From a virus (lineage: Duplodnaviria > Caudoviricetes): 36,464 nucleotides of DNA. The DNA lies in the IMG/VR virus record IMGVR_UViG_3300020161_002501, positions 1 through 36,464 of that record. The stretch is one strand, 5' to 3'. Both the position numbers and the translations under genes were made by a program. The notes beneath the pieces were generated by a model that was given only the letters and a program-made list of their open reading frames with translations, was not told where the DNA came from and made no database searches. Positions 25,001 to 35,115 of this stretch are shown here, one piece after another (position 1 is the stretch's first letter; each line of letters begins with the position of its first letter).

Positions 25001-28000
25001 TTACAACTCATCTAATTTTAAATTCGATATTCCGATTTTAAAGAGCGAATATAGGTTATCTGATGTTTTAGATTTTAGACCTAGAGTTTCTAAATTTACA
25101 TCATCATCTTCATCACCTTTTGACTTTTCCAGTAGAAATTTTTCAACAGGTCAATCAAGTATACAGATTGTAGTTTCACCTAACGAATCTACTAAAGTTT
25201 CATACTCATATTATGTTCCCAGAATAGATAAATTAGTTTTAAATAAGAATGGTAATTTCCAATTAATTACTGGTTCATCTTCTGCAAATCCACAAGAACC
25301 ATCTTCATTAGAAGATGCCATGGATATTGCAAGAATAGAAATACCAGCGTATATTTATGATGTAGAGGATATTAAAGTATCTTTAATTGAAAATAAAAGA
25401 TATACCATGAAAGATATTGGAACTTTGGAAAATAGAATTAAAAATCTTGAAAATTTTGCATCATTAAGTTTACTGGAATTAGATATTAAATCTCTGCAGA
25501 TTATTGATAATGATGGATTAGGATTGGCAAAATATAAATGTGGATTTTTTGCAGATAGTTTTATAAATTCAAATTTAGTTGATTATAAAAATCCAGATGC
25601 AAAAGTGTCTATAAATTCTGAAGATGGTGAAATGAGCACAGATGTATCTATTACATCTCTCAAAACTCAAATATTACCAAGTCAAGGTACAAATTTAGAA
25701 GGCGCAGATTATTCTCAAAATTTAGATTTGCTTGATGCAAATGTTAAAAAGACTGGCGATTTAGTTACTTTAAACTACTCTGAAGTTCTTTGGGGAGACA
25801 TATCACAACCATTTGCAACTAATCAAGAAAATATCAATCCCCATGGATTGGCAGATTATAATGGAAATATTAAATTGCGTCCATCGACTGATGCTTGGGT
25901 TAAAACAATAAATTCAGTTAAAGGTAAAGTTGTAAGGACACAAAGTGAGTGGAAAAATGCTTATTTAAATAATTTATATTTAAGTGGGGAGACCAGCAAT
26001 AAAATAAGATCTAGAAATGTTGAATTTTTGGGATCTAATTTATTTCCTCTCTCGAAATATACTTCGTATTTTGATGGATCAACATCTATTGATATAATTC
26101 CAAAATTACTAAAAGTATCTATGGCATCTGGTATTTTTAGTATAGGTGAAACTATAGATGGTTACGAAGGAAACGTTAAAGTATTTTCTGCTAGACTATG
26201 TACACCAAATCATAAGTATGGTCCTTATAATTCTCCATCAGAAACATATTCACTGAATCCATATCAAACTGCAGAAATACTTTCAGATTATTCACAATCA
26301 ACAACCGTTTTAAATATAGACACTTATTCTTTGGCGGATAATGCCGATGGTAGATTTTATGGATACATTTCATATAATATGATTTTGGTTGGAAGATCTA
26401 GTGGGGCACAATGTACTGTAAATAATCAAGATCTTATTTCAGATAATTATGGAGACTTGATTGGTTGTTTATTCATTAGAAATCCATTTTCTTCATTATT
26501 ACCATCAAATATTTTTAATGTAGGGGATAAAACTTTTAAATTAGAAACAACATCCAATACACAATCTACGTCATCAATACAAATAGAAAAAGGTTTTTGT
26601 GAATCTGTACTATACTTATCAGAAAATTCCAATTTTTCAAATAATAGTATTATTAGAAGACCAGTTTTAACTAGATCTTCAATTTTATCATCAAATAGTC
26701 ATCTATCACAAACTTTTAAAGTTGATAATTCTGGTGGATTTTTAACTTCTATTGATTTATTTTTTGCATCAAAAGATAATAACGAAAAAGTGACTGTTGA
26801 AATTGGTGAAGTTGATCTGGGAGGAGTTCCTACAAATAAACCATTACAAGATTTTGCTAGAGTTCAACTTTTACCAAGTCAAGTTAATATATCTTCTGAT
26901 GGAGAAACTGCTACTAATATTAAATTCCCATCTCCACTTTATCTAGATCCAAATAAACAATATTGTATAAGAATTTATTCTCCAGCATCATCCTTGTATT
27001 CTATTTGGACTGCAATATCAAATGAAGCAACGGTTACTACTCAAAATTATCCAAATGCTCAACAAATAATATATTCAAATCAATTTATTGGTGGCAATTT
27101 ATATAAACCACAAAATGGTGCTATTCCTTCTGCATGTTTATTACAAGATTTAAAATTTAACTTATATAAAGCGCAGTTTGTTTCTGCGGGAACAGTCTTC
27201 TTTAGTAATCCAATTCTTTCGGATACATCCTCTGGAGAATTTTATGATAGTAATAATGATAAATTAGTATCAAATCCAATAACAGGATTCCCACAAAAAT
27301 ATATAATTGGAATTTCTACTTCATATGCCAATGATTTTTATACTTTTGGCAAAAAAATACAATTCTCAAATGGAAATTATGGATTTATAGAAAGATCGGG
27401 AGGAAAAATATCTGGCATAACAACAACTAATGTTGGAATAGGGTATTCTGATGGATTATATTCAAATGTGCCATTATTTACTGTAAATGGATTTGGACCA
27501 AATGTATACGGCGCAGCAGCAGATTTAACTTTTAGTGGTGGAAAATTAAGTAAAACAGTTATATTAACTTCTGGAAGTGGATATTCTAAAGGAGATTTAC
27601 TTGGAATTTCGACTGGTTATAATCCAAAAGGATCTGGAGCTTTAATATCGGTTTCGAACTTAAATGGTATTGATACTTTATTATTAACAAATGTTCCAGG
27701 AAGAACAATTCAGTTAGGAAATACTTTATCTTACTTTGACGAAAATGGCACACAGGTATCTTTGGCAGGGACTACAGTTATTCAAAATCCAAAAATTTTA
27801 AATGATTTATATACTGGAGATATATTTAAAGTCGATCATTACAATCATGGTATGCATGATAGTAACAATTATATTACAATTAGTGGCGTATTTCCTGACA
27901 CTACTCCGCAAGAATTGTCTGCATCTATAACTGCAGAAACAAATACAATATCTGTTGCAAGTACTTCAACATTTTATAATTTTGATGGTGGTTCAGTTGT

Positions 28001-29135
28001 TGGGATTAACACGGGTTATGTTTTAATTAATAATGAAATTATTGCATATAGTTCAGTTAATGCAAATACTTTACAAATTTCTGCCCGAGGAGTTAATGGA
28101 TCTATAATTAGAAATCATAACTCTGGTGATATGGTATACAAGTACGAGTGTAATGGCGTATCTTTGATTAGAATTAATACCACTCATCAAAAAACTAATT
28201 CACAATATTTAAAATCATTAGAATCTTCGGACAGTTATTATTTAAAATTTACTAAAGGAGAATATAGCAATTCTACTTTTGTTGAAGAAAAAACTTTTGG
28301 AGGTTCTAATTGCAAAATAACTCAAAACTACCAGTATAATTCAATTATTCCCAAATTTAATATTTTAACTCCTCCAGGAACTTCTTTAAATAGTTCAATT
28401 AGAACAGTATCCGGAACCAGTGCCTCTGGATCAGAATCATCTTTTGTTGATCAAGGTCTTCTCCCATTGGCATTAAATTCTAAAAATGATTTTGATACTT
28501 CAAAATTAATAGCATCTAGGATTAATGAAATTAACAATGTTTCAGGAACACCTAGATCTAAATCTATGCTCATTTCTTTAACTTTAAGAACAAGAGATCC
28601 TAATGTTTCTCCAGTTGTAGATACTGTTGAAGGCGCTACAGTAGCACTTATCAGAAATAAATTAAATAATCCAATATCAAATTACATTTCTGATAATAGA
28701 TCAAACCTTTTAATTAATGATCCACATTCATCTATTTACATATCTAATCAAATTACACTGTTAAAACCGGCATCTTCATTAAAAGTAATAACGAATTGTT
28801 ATAAGACTTCTTCCAGTGATTTTAGAGTATTATATAAATTGATACGTCCAGATTCTAGTGAAGTTGAGCAATCATATGAATTTTTCCCAGGATATAGTAA
28901 TTTAAAAGACATAAATGGTGATGGTGTTGGTGATACAATTATAGATACATCTTTCAATGATGGAACATCTGACTTTTTTGTGGGTTCAACTGCAGAAGGT
29001 GAATATTCCGAATACGAATTCACCGCAGATAATTTGGGACAATTTGTTGGATTTGTTATTAAGATAGTTATGAGTGGTTCGAATGAATCTAGACCATTAA
29101 AATTCAAAGATATTAGAGCAATTGCGTTGGCATAA
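22050..29135 (+). CDS. Large virion structural protein, VrlC/DUF4815-like (2361 aa)
   Basis: TNLNVSPYFDDF...FYKVLFKPG.PVQARELT.LQSILQ; APGADR; KRYTMKDIG.LE.RI..LE; SQTF; C-terminal DIRAIALA. Confidence 0.8.
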   Translation: MAKTNLNVSPYFDDFDASKNFYKVLFKPGYPVQARELTTLQSILQDQITSLGKSIFKDGSVVVPGEVSYDSNYYAVKINPIHLGLDVEFYYKELIGKRLLGDISQVSAVVQNVISRNNSIDNSTTLYVKYLSSNSNNQNLSFIDGETLTTLDNVKYGNTTITSGNTIASLVDTNSTATGSAVSISPGIYFIRGLFVTVDQDTLILDQYSNNPSYRVGLSVSEEFISSYDDSTLYDNAKGFTNYSAPGADRFRLKTKLSKQLLTDYQDTNFIEILRISDGVVKKIKETSDYSLIKDYIAKRTYEQSGNFSLSPFSVSVEDSLNNLTDQTGIFKSNQKTEQNNTPSEDLICVKISSGKAYVNGNDIEKSSTTILDARKTRTVNTVPNSPVLFEMGNLIVLNNVSGSPAIGLNNDYEIKLFGDRKSSNISGAGTTIGKARAYSFSLSDSPYENQSSRWNLYVYDLQTYTTLTLNTNSSTEIVKSSFVKGLSSGASGYVAENPNGGNIIQLYQTSGSFIKNEQIIFNNNKNLIRSVEKIKIYNPKDIKSIYQKASDVSLSGLSTDFSADVFLQKNTAQGFSPSDTITIQAAVSGVSTVTSAGRIFSGIKTDSIIRYQITGFSTETYNKVISISEDGLSMNVVGVTTVPNVCVGSLPSGSSVSSLFSLGESTVKNKDKSNLYINLPNKNVSSVDLSSSSITITKQISQKSTSSVGTLSLSVSGDFGISSGYFEPFSPERYSIFYADGTVEKLTSDKTQITNNGSDITFYGLKTSQSGNVSVVCTITKNSIRNKTKLYKKSQKLLISKTSLGISNGISGLTTSVYYGTRVEDEEICLNVPDVSKILAIYESSNSDSPVLDKLVFSSQSITGAIVGEKIYGSASESVGQIVDIQGTDISFVYLNSNKFQTNDIIDFEESKISSSILNIVPGIYINRTNDFTLDKGQKDQYYDYSKIVRNFGLNSPAKKLLIIFNYFEVSESDSGDLYTANSYNSSNFKFDIPILKSEYRLSDVLDFRPRVSKFTSSSSSPFDFSSRNFSTGQSSIQIVVSPNESTKVSYSYYVPRIDKLVLNKNGNFQLITGSSSANPQEPSSLEDAMDIARIEIPAYIYDVEDIKVSLIENKRYTMKDIGTLENRIKNLENFASLSLLELDIKSLQIIDNDGLGLAKYKCGFFADSFINSNLVDYKNPDAKVSINSEDGEMSTDVSITSLKTQILPSQGTNLEGADYSQNLDLLDANVKKTGDLVTLNYSEVLWGDISQPFATNQENINPHGLADYNGNIKLRPSTDAWVKTINSVKGKVVRTQSEWKNAYLNNLYLSGETSNKIRSRNVEFLGSNLFPLSKYTSYFDGSTSIDIIPKLLKVSMASGIFSIGETIDGYEGNVKVFSARLCTPNHKYGPYNSPSETYSLNPYQTAEILSDYSQSTTVLNIDTYSLADNADGRFYGYISYNMILVGRSSGAQCTVNNQDLISDNYGDLIGCLFIRNPFSSLLPSNIFNVGDKTFKLETTSNTQSTSSIQIEKGFCESVLYLSENSNFSNNSIIRRPVLTRSSILSSNSHLSQTFKVDNSGGFLTSIDLFFASKDNNEKVTVEIGEVDLGGVPTNKPLQDFARVQLLPSQVNISSDGETATNIKFPSPLYLDPNKQYCIRIYSPASSLYSIWTAISNEATVTTQNYPNAQQIIYSNQFIGGNLYKPQNGAIPSACLLQDLKFNLYKAQFVSAGTVFFSNPILSDTSSGEFYDSNNDKLVSNPITGFPQKYIIGISTSYANDFYTFGKKIQFSNGNYGFIERSGGKISGITTTNVGIGYSDGLYSNVPLFTVNGFGPNVYGAAADLTFSGGKLSKTVILTSGSGYSKGDLLGISTGYNPKGSGALISVSNLNGIDTLLLTNVPGRTIQLGNTLSYFDENGTQVSLAGTTVIQNPKILNDLYTGDIFKVDHYNHGMHDSNNYITISGVFPDTTPQELSASITAETNTISVASTSTFYNFDGGSVVGINTGYVLINNEIIAYSSVNANTLQISARGVNGSIIRNHNSGDMVYKYECNGVSLIRINTTHQKTNSQYLKSLESSDSYYLKFTKGEYSNSTFVEEKTFGGSNCKITQNYQYNSIIPKFNILTPPGTSLNSSIRTVSGTSASGSESSFVDQGLLPLALNSKNDFDTSKLIASRINEINNVSGTPRSKSMLISLTLRTRDPNVSPVVDTVEGATVALIRNKLNNPISNYISDNRSNLLINDPHSSIYISNQITLLKPASSLKVITNCYKTSSSDFRVLYKLIRPDSSEVEQSYEFFPGYSNLKDINGDGVGDTIIDTSFNDGTSDFFVGSTAEGEYSEYEFTADNLGQFVGFVIKIVMSGSNESRPLKFKDIRAIALA

Positions 29136-29332
29136 TGATACCAATAGAAGGACATAAAAATTTATACCGCGATGAAAATACCGGTGCTATATTAAATGCT
29201 GACAATATTGAATACAACAATTATCTAAAATTGAGAGATGAAAAACTTAAGCAAAAAAATGAGATTGACAATTTAAAAAAAGAATTGACAGAAATCAAAT
29301 CGTTACTAAAGGAGTTAATAAATGGATCCTGA
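29135..29332 (+). CDS. Small coiled-coil hypothetical protein (65 aa)
   Basis: IPIEGHKNLYRDENTGAILN followed by a heptad-rich C-terminus; TAATG overlap with the upstream gene. Confidence 0.8.
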   Translation: MIPIEGHKNLYRDENTGAILNADNIEYNNYLKLRDEKLKQKNEIDNLKKELTEIKSLLKELINGS

Positions 29333-29510
29333 TAAAATTGAACTAGAAAATTTGAGTAAAAGTTTTGAATATTATAAATTTACTTCAGAAATAGATAGTA
29401 TTGATGATATCGAATCTTTAAAAAATATAGCAAAATCTTATTTTAAATTATATTTAAAGCAGCAAGAAGTTTTTTCTTCACTTTCATCGATTCATGCAAA
29501 TGAAACATAA
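29322..29510 (+). CDS. Hypothetical protein (62 aa)
   Basis: ORF track; SD AGGAG upstream. Confidence 0.75.
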   Translation: MDPDKIELENLSKSFEYYKFTSEIDSIDDIESLKNIAKSYFKLYLKQQEVFSSLSSIHANET

Positions 29511-29513
29511 ATA
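29506..29513 (+). promoter_or_regulatory. Late promoter variant CATAAATA
   Basis: One mismatch to TATAAATA; overlaps a stop codon; upstream of 29543. Confidence 0.55.
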
Positions 29514-29542
29514 TTTCATATATTACTTATGGCACTAGAATA

Positions 29543-29881
29543 ATGGCCTCAATATATGTAAGTAATCTTATCATTAATTCTGGAGCGTCTTTTTCTCAAG
29601 ATTTTTTTCTAGAGGATAGTGCCACAAATTCTGCGATGAATTTATCTTCCACAACTGTATCATCTCAAATGAGAAAATGGTCTGGAAGCACTGGAGTAAC
29701 TACATTTACATCTTCTATTGTTAATTCTCAAAGCGGTCAAATTAGAATCAGTTTAGGTTCTAGTATAACATCATCATTAAAACCAGGAAGATATGTTTAT
29801 GATGTATTGTTAACTAATAATACATCGACTACCAGAGTTGTTGAAGGTATGGCTTTAGTTAGAGAAGGAGTTACAAGGTAA
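29543..29881 (+). CDS. Small virion structural protein (Ig-like/BppU-N-like, 112 aa)
   Basis: NLIINSGASF...SQMRK...GQIRISL....TSSLKPGRYVYDV...RVVEG.ALVREGVT. Confidence 0.7.
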   Translation: MASIYVSNLIINSGASFSQDFFLEDSATNSAMNLSSTTVSSQMRKWSGSTGVTTFTSSIVNSQSGQIRISLGSSITSSLKPGRYVYDVLLTNNTSTTRVVEGMALVREGVTR

Positions 29882-29885
29882 AAAT

Positions 29886-30731
29886 ATGGCTAAACCAGCA
29901 TCCAGACAACAACTAGTTGATTATTGTTTAAGAAAATTAGGTGCTCCTATACTAGAAATTAATGTTGATGATGATCAAATAGATGATCTAGTCGATGATG
30001 CTTTACAGTATTTTCACGAACGCCACTTTGATGGTGTTGAAAGAATGTACTTGAAATATCAAATAACACAAGAAGATATTGATAGGGGATCTGCAAATGC
30101 AAAATCACCGGTTGGTTCTGGGATAGTTACAACTACTGGCACATCAAATATTAATGGGGTTTCTAAAACATTTAATTTTTACGAATCTTCAAATTATATA
30201 CAAATTCCAGATTCTGTAATTGGGGTTGAAAAAATATTTAAATTTAATTCCAGTACAATATCTTCTGGAATGTTTAGTATTAAATATCAACTATTTTTAA
30301 ATGATTTATATTATTTTAATTCTATACAACTTCTTCAATATTCTATGGTAAAGTCATATCTTGAGGATATTGACTTTTTACTTACTACAGATAAACAGAT
30401 TAGATTTAATAAAAGGCAAAATAGATTATATTTAGATTTTAGTTGGGAAGGTAATAATGCTGGGGACTTTTTAATAATAGATTGCTTTAGAATTTTAGAT
30501 CCAAATGATTTTACTAAAGTATATAACGATAGTTTTATTAAAAAATATTTAACTGCATTAATTAAAAAGCAGTGGGGACAGAATTTAATTAAATTTAGAG
30601 GTGTTAAACTTCCAGGTGGAGTGGAGTTAAATGGAAGAGAAATATATGAAGATGCGGAAAGAGAATTGGAAGATATTAAGCAGAGAATGACTTTAGAGTA
30701 TGAACTCCCACCATTAGACATGATTGGTTAA
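29886..30731 (+). CDS. gp13: Neck protein, T4 gp13-like
   Basis: SRQQLVDYCLRKLGAPILEINVDDDQ...KKQWGQNLIKF.GV.LPGGV.LNG. Confidence 0.92.
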   Translation: MAKPASRQQLVDYCLRKLGAPILEINVDDDQIDDLVDDALQYFHERHFDGVERMYLKYQITQEDIDRGSANAKSPVGSGIVTTTGTSNINGVSKTFNFYESSNYIQIPDSVIGVEKIFKFNSSTISSGMFSIKYQLFLNDLYYFNSIQLLQYSMVKSYLEDIDFLLTTDKQIRFNKRQNRLYLDFSWEGNNAGDFLIIDCFRILDPNDFTKVYNDSFIKKYLTALIKKQWGQNLIKFRGVKLPGGVELNGREIYEDAERELEDIKQRMTLEYELPPLDMIG

Positions 30732-30732
30732 T

Positions 30733-32130
30733 ATGGCATTAAATCCATTTTTTCTCCAAGGATCTCCTGGTGAACAAAGATTAATACAAGAACTGGTAAA
30801 TGAACACCTAAAGATATATGGTGTTGAGGTCTTGTACATACCTAGAAAATTTGTTAGAAAGGATACTATTTTTAGAGAAGTTACAACATCAAGATTTGAT
30901 GATAATTTCTCAATTGAGGCATATGTTAATAACTTTGAAGGTTATGGTGGGTCTGGTGATATTTTAACTAAATTTGGAATGAGCTTAAGAGATGAATTAA
31001 CATTAATAATCTCAAAAGAAAGATTTGAAGATTTTATTTCTCCATTTTTAGAAGGGATGGATGATAATGAAATAGTTTTGACTACTAGACCTAGAGAAGG
31101 AGATATTGTATATTTTCCACTTGGTCAAAGGTTATTTGAAGTTAAATTTGTTGAGCATGAACAACCTTTTTATCAATTAGGAAAAACTTATGTTTATGAG
31201 TTAAAGTGTGAACTATTTGAATATGAGGATGAAATTGGAGGATTTTCTGATGTTAGTACTGCTGTTGACGAAATAGATGGAACTCTACAACAGCAAGGGT
31301 ATATCACATCTTTACAATTATTCTCGTTTGGACAAACTGCAAATGCAACATCTGGAATTTCTAGTGGTTATGTTAGAAGAGTAATTGTTAATAATGATGG
31401 TAACGGTTATACTGGTATACCAACAGTGGGATTTTCTCCGGCACCGTCAGGAGGAACTTCAGCATCTGCAGTAGCTATTACTACATGTAAAGGTGGAGTT
31501 TGTTCAATAAAAGAAATATTATTAGTTAACCCTGGATCTGGATATACTTCTATACCATCTGTTACCATTTATTCAAATGGAAATGGTGTGGGTGCAGCAG
31601 CAACAGCAGATTTTGTAGAAGGATCTTATGGTGCTCGTGTTGTTGGATTTAGTAGTTATGGTGAAGGTTATGTAAGACCTCCAGCAGTAACTTTTAGTGG
31701 TCCGATTGGATCTGGAGTTACTGCTAATGGAATTGCAGTTGTTGGAACATCTGGATCCATAACTCAAATATTAATCAGAGATGCTGGTATTGGATATAGT
31801 GCAGCACCTTCTATAACAATTGCTCCTCCACCACTTTTAACTGGCATAGGAACTTACAAATTTAACGAAATAATAAGAGGATCCGAGTCTAATACGACTG
31901 CTAGAGTTAAATCTTGGGATAAAGATACTAACGTATTAACTCTTGGAGTAATTGATGGTGAATTTATTGCAGGAGAAAATATAGTTGGAACATCTTCATC
32001 TGCTATATACACATTAAAGACAAAATCTGGAACTGAATTTGCCGATAAATATGAACAAAATGATGAAATAGAAGAAGAGGCAGATCTGATTCTAGATTTT
32101 ACAGAATCAAACCCATTCGGTAATTACTAA
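30733..32130 (+). CDS. gp14: Neck protein, T4 gp14-like, with a Gly-rich insertion
   Basis: MALNPFF...EQRLIQEL...YIPR...LTKFG...RPREGDIVYFPL...FEVKFVEHE.PFYQLG; C-terminal DFTESNPFG. ATG 30733 preferred over 30724. Confidence 0.9.
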   Translation: MALNPFFLQGSPGEQRLIQELVNEHLKIYGVEVLYIPRKFVRKDTIFREVTTSRFDDNFSIEAYVNNFEGYGGSGDILTKFGMSLRDELTLIISKERFEDFISPFLEGMDDNEIVLTTRPREGDIVYFPLGQRLFEVKFVEHEQPFYQLGKTYVYELKCELFEYEDEIGGFSDVSTAVDEIDGTLQQQGYITSLQLFSFGQTANATSGISSGYVRRVIVNNDGNGYTGIPTVGFSPAPSGGTSASAVAITTCKGGVCSIKEILLVNPGSGYTSIPSVTIYSNGNGVGAAATADFVEGSYGARVVGFSSYGEGYVRPPAVTFSGPIGSGVTANGIAVVGTSGSITQILIRDAGIGYSAAPSITIAPPPLLTGIGTYKFNEIIRGSESNTTARVKSWDKDTNVLTLGVIDGEFIAGENIVGTSSSAIYTLKTKSGTEFADKYEQNDEIEEEADLILDFTESNPFGNY

Positions 32131-32927
32131 TGCTAGGAACTTATTACTATCACGAAATTATTAGAAAAACAATAGTTTCATTTGGAACGTTGTTTAATCA
32201 ACTTTACATTAAACATAAAGATGCTGATGGAGATACTTATAGTGAAATAAGAGTTCCTATTTCATATGGTCCTTCTCAAAAGTTTTTATCAAGAATAGAG
32301 CAGCAGGCAAATTTAAATAAACCAGTTCAAATTACATTACCAAGAATGTCTTTTGAAATGAATTCAATTCAATATGATTCCTCAAGAAAATCTGGTGTAA
32401 CACAAACATTTAAAGCATCTGATGGCAATAATTTAAAAAAAGTATATTTACCAGTTCCATATAATATTGGATTCGAATTAAATATTTTGAGTAAATTAAA
32501 TGATGATTCTTTACAAATTATAGAACAAATTTTACCATACTTTCAACCAGCATTTACATTAACTGTTGATTTGGTAGATTCGATTGGGGAAAAAAGAGAT
32601 ATTCCAGTCGTATTAGATAATATTTCTTTCCAAGATGATTATGAGGGTGATTTTTCTACAAGAAGAGCTTTAATTTATACCTTACAATTTACAGCAAAAA
32701 CATACTTATTTGGTCCTATTGCTACTACTACGGATGGATTGATTCGTAAAGTTCAAGTCGATACTCATACAAGTACGGATATAGTTTCCGCAAAGAGAGA
32801 AATGAGATATACAGTTCAACCAGATCCAATAAATGCAGATCCAGATGATGACTTTGGATTTGATGGAACTTGGGAATTTTTTGACGACAGTAAAACTTAC
32901 AGCGCAACACAACAAACTGATATCTAA
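32130..32927 (+). CDS. gp15: Tail sheath stabiliser / tail terminator, T4 gp15-like
   Basis: YYYHEIIRK..V.FG.LFN...VPISYGP.QKFL...LPRMSFEM...PVPYN...QIIEQILPYFQP. Confidence 0.92.
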   Translation: MLGTYYYHEIIRKTIVSFGTLFNQLYIKHKDADGDTYSEIRVPISYGPSQKFLSRIEQQANLNKPVQITLPRMSFEMNSIQYDSSRKSGVTQTFKASDGNNLKKVYLPVPYNIGFELNILSKLNDDSLQIIEQILPYFQPAFTLTVDLVDSIGEKRDIPVVLDNISFQDDYEGDFSTRRALIYTLQFTAKTYLFGPIATTTDGLIRKVQVDTHTSTDIVSAKREMRYTVQPDPINADPDDDFGFDGTWEFFDDSKTYSATQQTDI

Positions 32928-32932
32928 TTAAT

Positions 32933-33364
32933 ATGAAAAATAGTTACGATAAACTGGACAAAGCATTAAACCTTGACGGTCAAATAATTGAAAGTGATTC
33001 TGTAGATTGCCAAATAGAAATTATTAAACCAAAAGAAGAACAAAATGATATAAAAAAAGATTATGAATATACAAGAGCTAACTTGTACTCTTTAATTGAA
33101 AAGGGTCAGGAAGCGATTAATGGAATCATGGAACTTGCGGGTGAAGGTGGAAGCCCTAGAGCATATGAAGTAGCTGGACAACTTATAAAAAACGTTGCAG
33201 ATACAACTGACAAACTTATAGATTTACAGAAAAAGTTAAAGGATGTTGAAGAAGAAACAGTAAGAACAACTAACAATGTGACCAATAATGCTTTGTTTGT
33301 TGGATCAACTGCGGAATTATCAAAATTATTAAAGCAAGGTTTTCTAAATAATAATACAGACTAA
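32933..33364 (+). CDS. gp16: Terminase small subunit, T4 gp16-like
   Basis: DYEYTRANLY.LIEKGQEAI...SPRAYEVAGQLIK...NNALFVGST.EL.KLLK. Confidence 0.9.
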   Translation: MKNSYDKLDKALNLDGQIIESDSVDCQIEIIKPKEEQNDIKKDYEYTRANLYSLIEKGQEAINGIMELAGEGGSPRAYEVAGQLIKNVADTTDKLIDLQKKLKDVEEETVRTTNNVTNNALFVGSTAELSKLLKQGFLNNNTD

Positions 33365-33373
33365 TTTTTAACT

Positions 33374-35068
33374 GTGCAAAAATTAAAACCATATAAAACT
33401 GTTGAGCAAATTGCAAAGAAACATCGCCTTGAAGTTTCTTTCATACAAAAGCAGCTTGATATGGGAGAACCGATTGAGCATGAGCACACTAAAGATCATA
33501 AACTTGCTACAGAAATAGCATTACAACACCTGGACGAAATACCAGATTACTATACAAGACTTAAAAAAATGGAAACTTCTGCAAAGAAAGAACATAAAAA
33601 ATTTAAAGATGTTACCGAAGGTAAAGGTCTTTGGGCAAATATTCATGCTCGCAGAAAAGCAGGAAAACCTGCAAAAAAACCTGGTGAAAAAGGATATCCA
33701 AAAACTTTAGATATTCCAGAGCAAGTTGACATGCAAAGGTATTGTCCAAGGTGTGAAAAAAATGAAACTAGAGATGCTTGTAAGTATGGTTCAAAGTATT
33801 GGGATATGTTCTCAACACCAATTAGTTTGAGTTCAAATGCCTATGATCCTAATAGACCTCACCCAGCAAATGAGGAAAAAGATCATGAATATTCTATGGC
33901 ACGTTCAGAAATTTCCACTATTATTGCTGCAGCTAAAAGACTAAAGAAGAAAATGGGAAAGGGTGAAGGTAGTTTAGAGGCATGGGTTCAATCAAAAATT
34001 ACTAAAGCAGCAGATTATCTCGACAGTGCTGCAGACTATGTGAATAGTGGTGAAATGAAAGCAGAGAGTAAAAGTTTTGTTGTTGGATCAGATCATACAA
34101 GAGTAAGAACTACAAATGCTTCTAAAAAACTTCAAACAATGTCAACTGCACAACAAGCACAGTTGCCAAAGGAAAAAGTAAAAAAAGTTTTAGGAACGGA
34201 TCTTCCAAGATTTAACAAAGAAGAAACATCAGTAGATGAAGGATATAGAAATATTGCTCGCAAAGCGGGTGTGATGACTAAACAGGCAGCAAAAGCTGGT
34301 GTTACTGCTGGTAGCGCTCAAATAGGTGCAAGAGCACTTAGAACTGGTGGTGTTAGAAACGCCATTCGTAACAAAATTGGTCTTTCTTCAAAACAAAGAA
34401 ATCATCCTGGTGCTGATCAGTTAGACGCAACAGCGAAAAAGGCAAGAAGGAGAGCAGCAACAATTGCTGCTGTTCAAGCATCCCATAAACCAGGGGTAGC
34501 ACAAGATCAAGAAGCAATCAATAGAAAAAGAGGTGTAGAAAAAAATAGAGAAAAAATTGAAAAAGCATATAATCAAAGTGAAAGTGTAACCATTGAAGAT
34601 GCTAAAGGAAATCATTATGTAGAATTTATTGATATAATTAAACCAGAACCATTAAAACCTTCAAAGGGAATTGGTAGTGATATGCTCGGGGAAAAATGTT
34701 GGGATGGATATACTCAAAAAGGTATGAAAAAGAAAGGAAAAAAAATGGTTCCAAACTGCGTTCCTGAAGGAAAAACTTTTAGTTCTTTTATTGATGAAGC
34801 AAAGAAATCGGAGATGAAGTGCAACTCCCCAAAGTCTGAACCCGTGGGTGACTCACTCACGGGTAAGTCTCATGTCGTAAAAGCATGTTCTGGTGGGAAA
34901 GAAAAACTTATTCGTTTTGGGCAAAGAGGTGTAAAAGGTTCTCCAAAGAAAAAAGGTGAATCAAAGGCATATGCAAGTCGTCGCAATAGATTTCAAACTA
35001 GACACGCAAAGAATATTGCTAAAGGTAAAATGTCTGCGGCCTATTGGTCGAATCTTGTAAAGTGGTAG
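33374..35068 (+). CDS. Modular Lys/Arg-rich protein (564 aa), possible internal head polyprotein
   Basis: GTG start after TAAATA (33345-33350). Distinct short modules: EHEHT...IALQHLDEIPDYYTRL (DUF5661-like), GLWANIHARR, CPRC..C, DHEYSMAR...WVQSKIT, CWDGY...VPNCV, KLIRFG...SAAYWS. Confidence 0.75.
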   Translation: MQKLKPYKTVEQIAKKHRLEVSFIQKQLDMGEPIEHEHTKDHKLATEIALQHLDEIPDYYTRLKKMETSAKKEHKKFKDVTEGKGLWANIHARRKAGKPAKKPGEKGYPKTLDIPEQVDMQRYCPRCEKNETRDACKYGSKYWDMFSTPISLSSNAYDPNRPHPANEEKDHEYSMARSEISTIIAAAKRLKKKMGKGEGSLEAWVQSKITKAADYLDSAADYVNSGEMKAESKSFVVGSDHTRVRTTNASKKLQTMSTAQQAQLPKEKVKKVLGTDLPRFNKEETSVDEGYRNIARKAGVMTKQAAKAGVTAGSAQIGARALRTGGVRNAIRNKIGLSSKQRNHPGADQLDATAKKARRRAATIAAVQASHKPGVAQDQEAINRKRGVEKNREKIEKAYNQSESVTIEDAKGNHYVEFIDIIKPEPLKPSKGIGSDMLGEKCWDGYTQKGMKKKGKKMVPNCVPEGKTFSSFIDEAKKSEMKCNSPKSEPVGDSLTGKSHVVKACSGGKEKLIRFGQRGVKGSPKKKGESKAYASRRNRFQTRHAKNIAKGKMSAAYWSNLVKW

Positions 35069-35082
35069 AAAAGGTAAAATGG

Positions 35083-35115
35083 TATAAATAATAGTAGATT
35101 TAAATTTCTACTATG
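35083..35115 (+). promoter_or_regulatory. T4 late promoter plus a hairpin occluding the start codon
   Basis: TATAAATA 35083-35090; ATAGTAGA(35091-35098)/TCTACTAT(35107-35114) perfect 8-bp stem covering the AT of ATG 35113. Confidence 0.75.
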
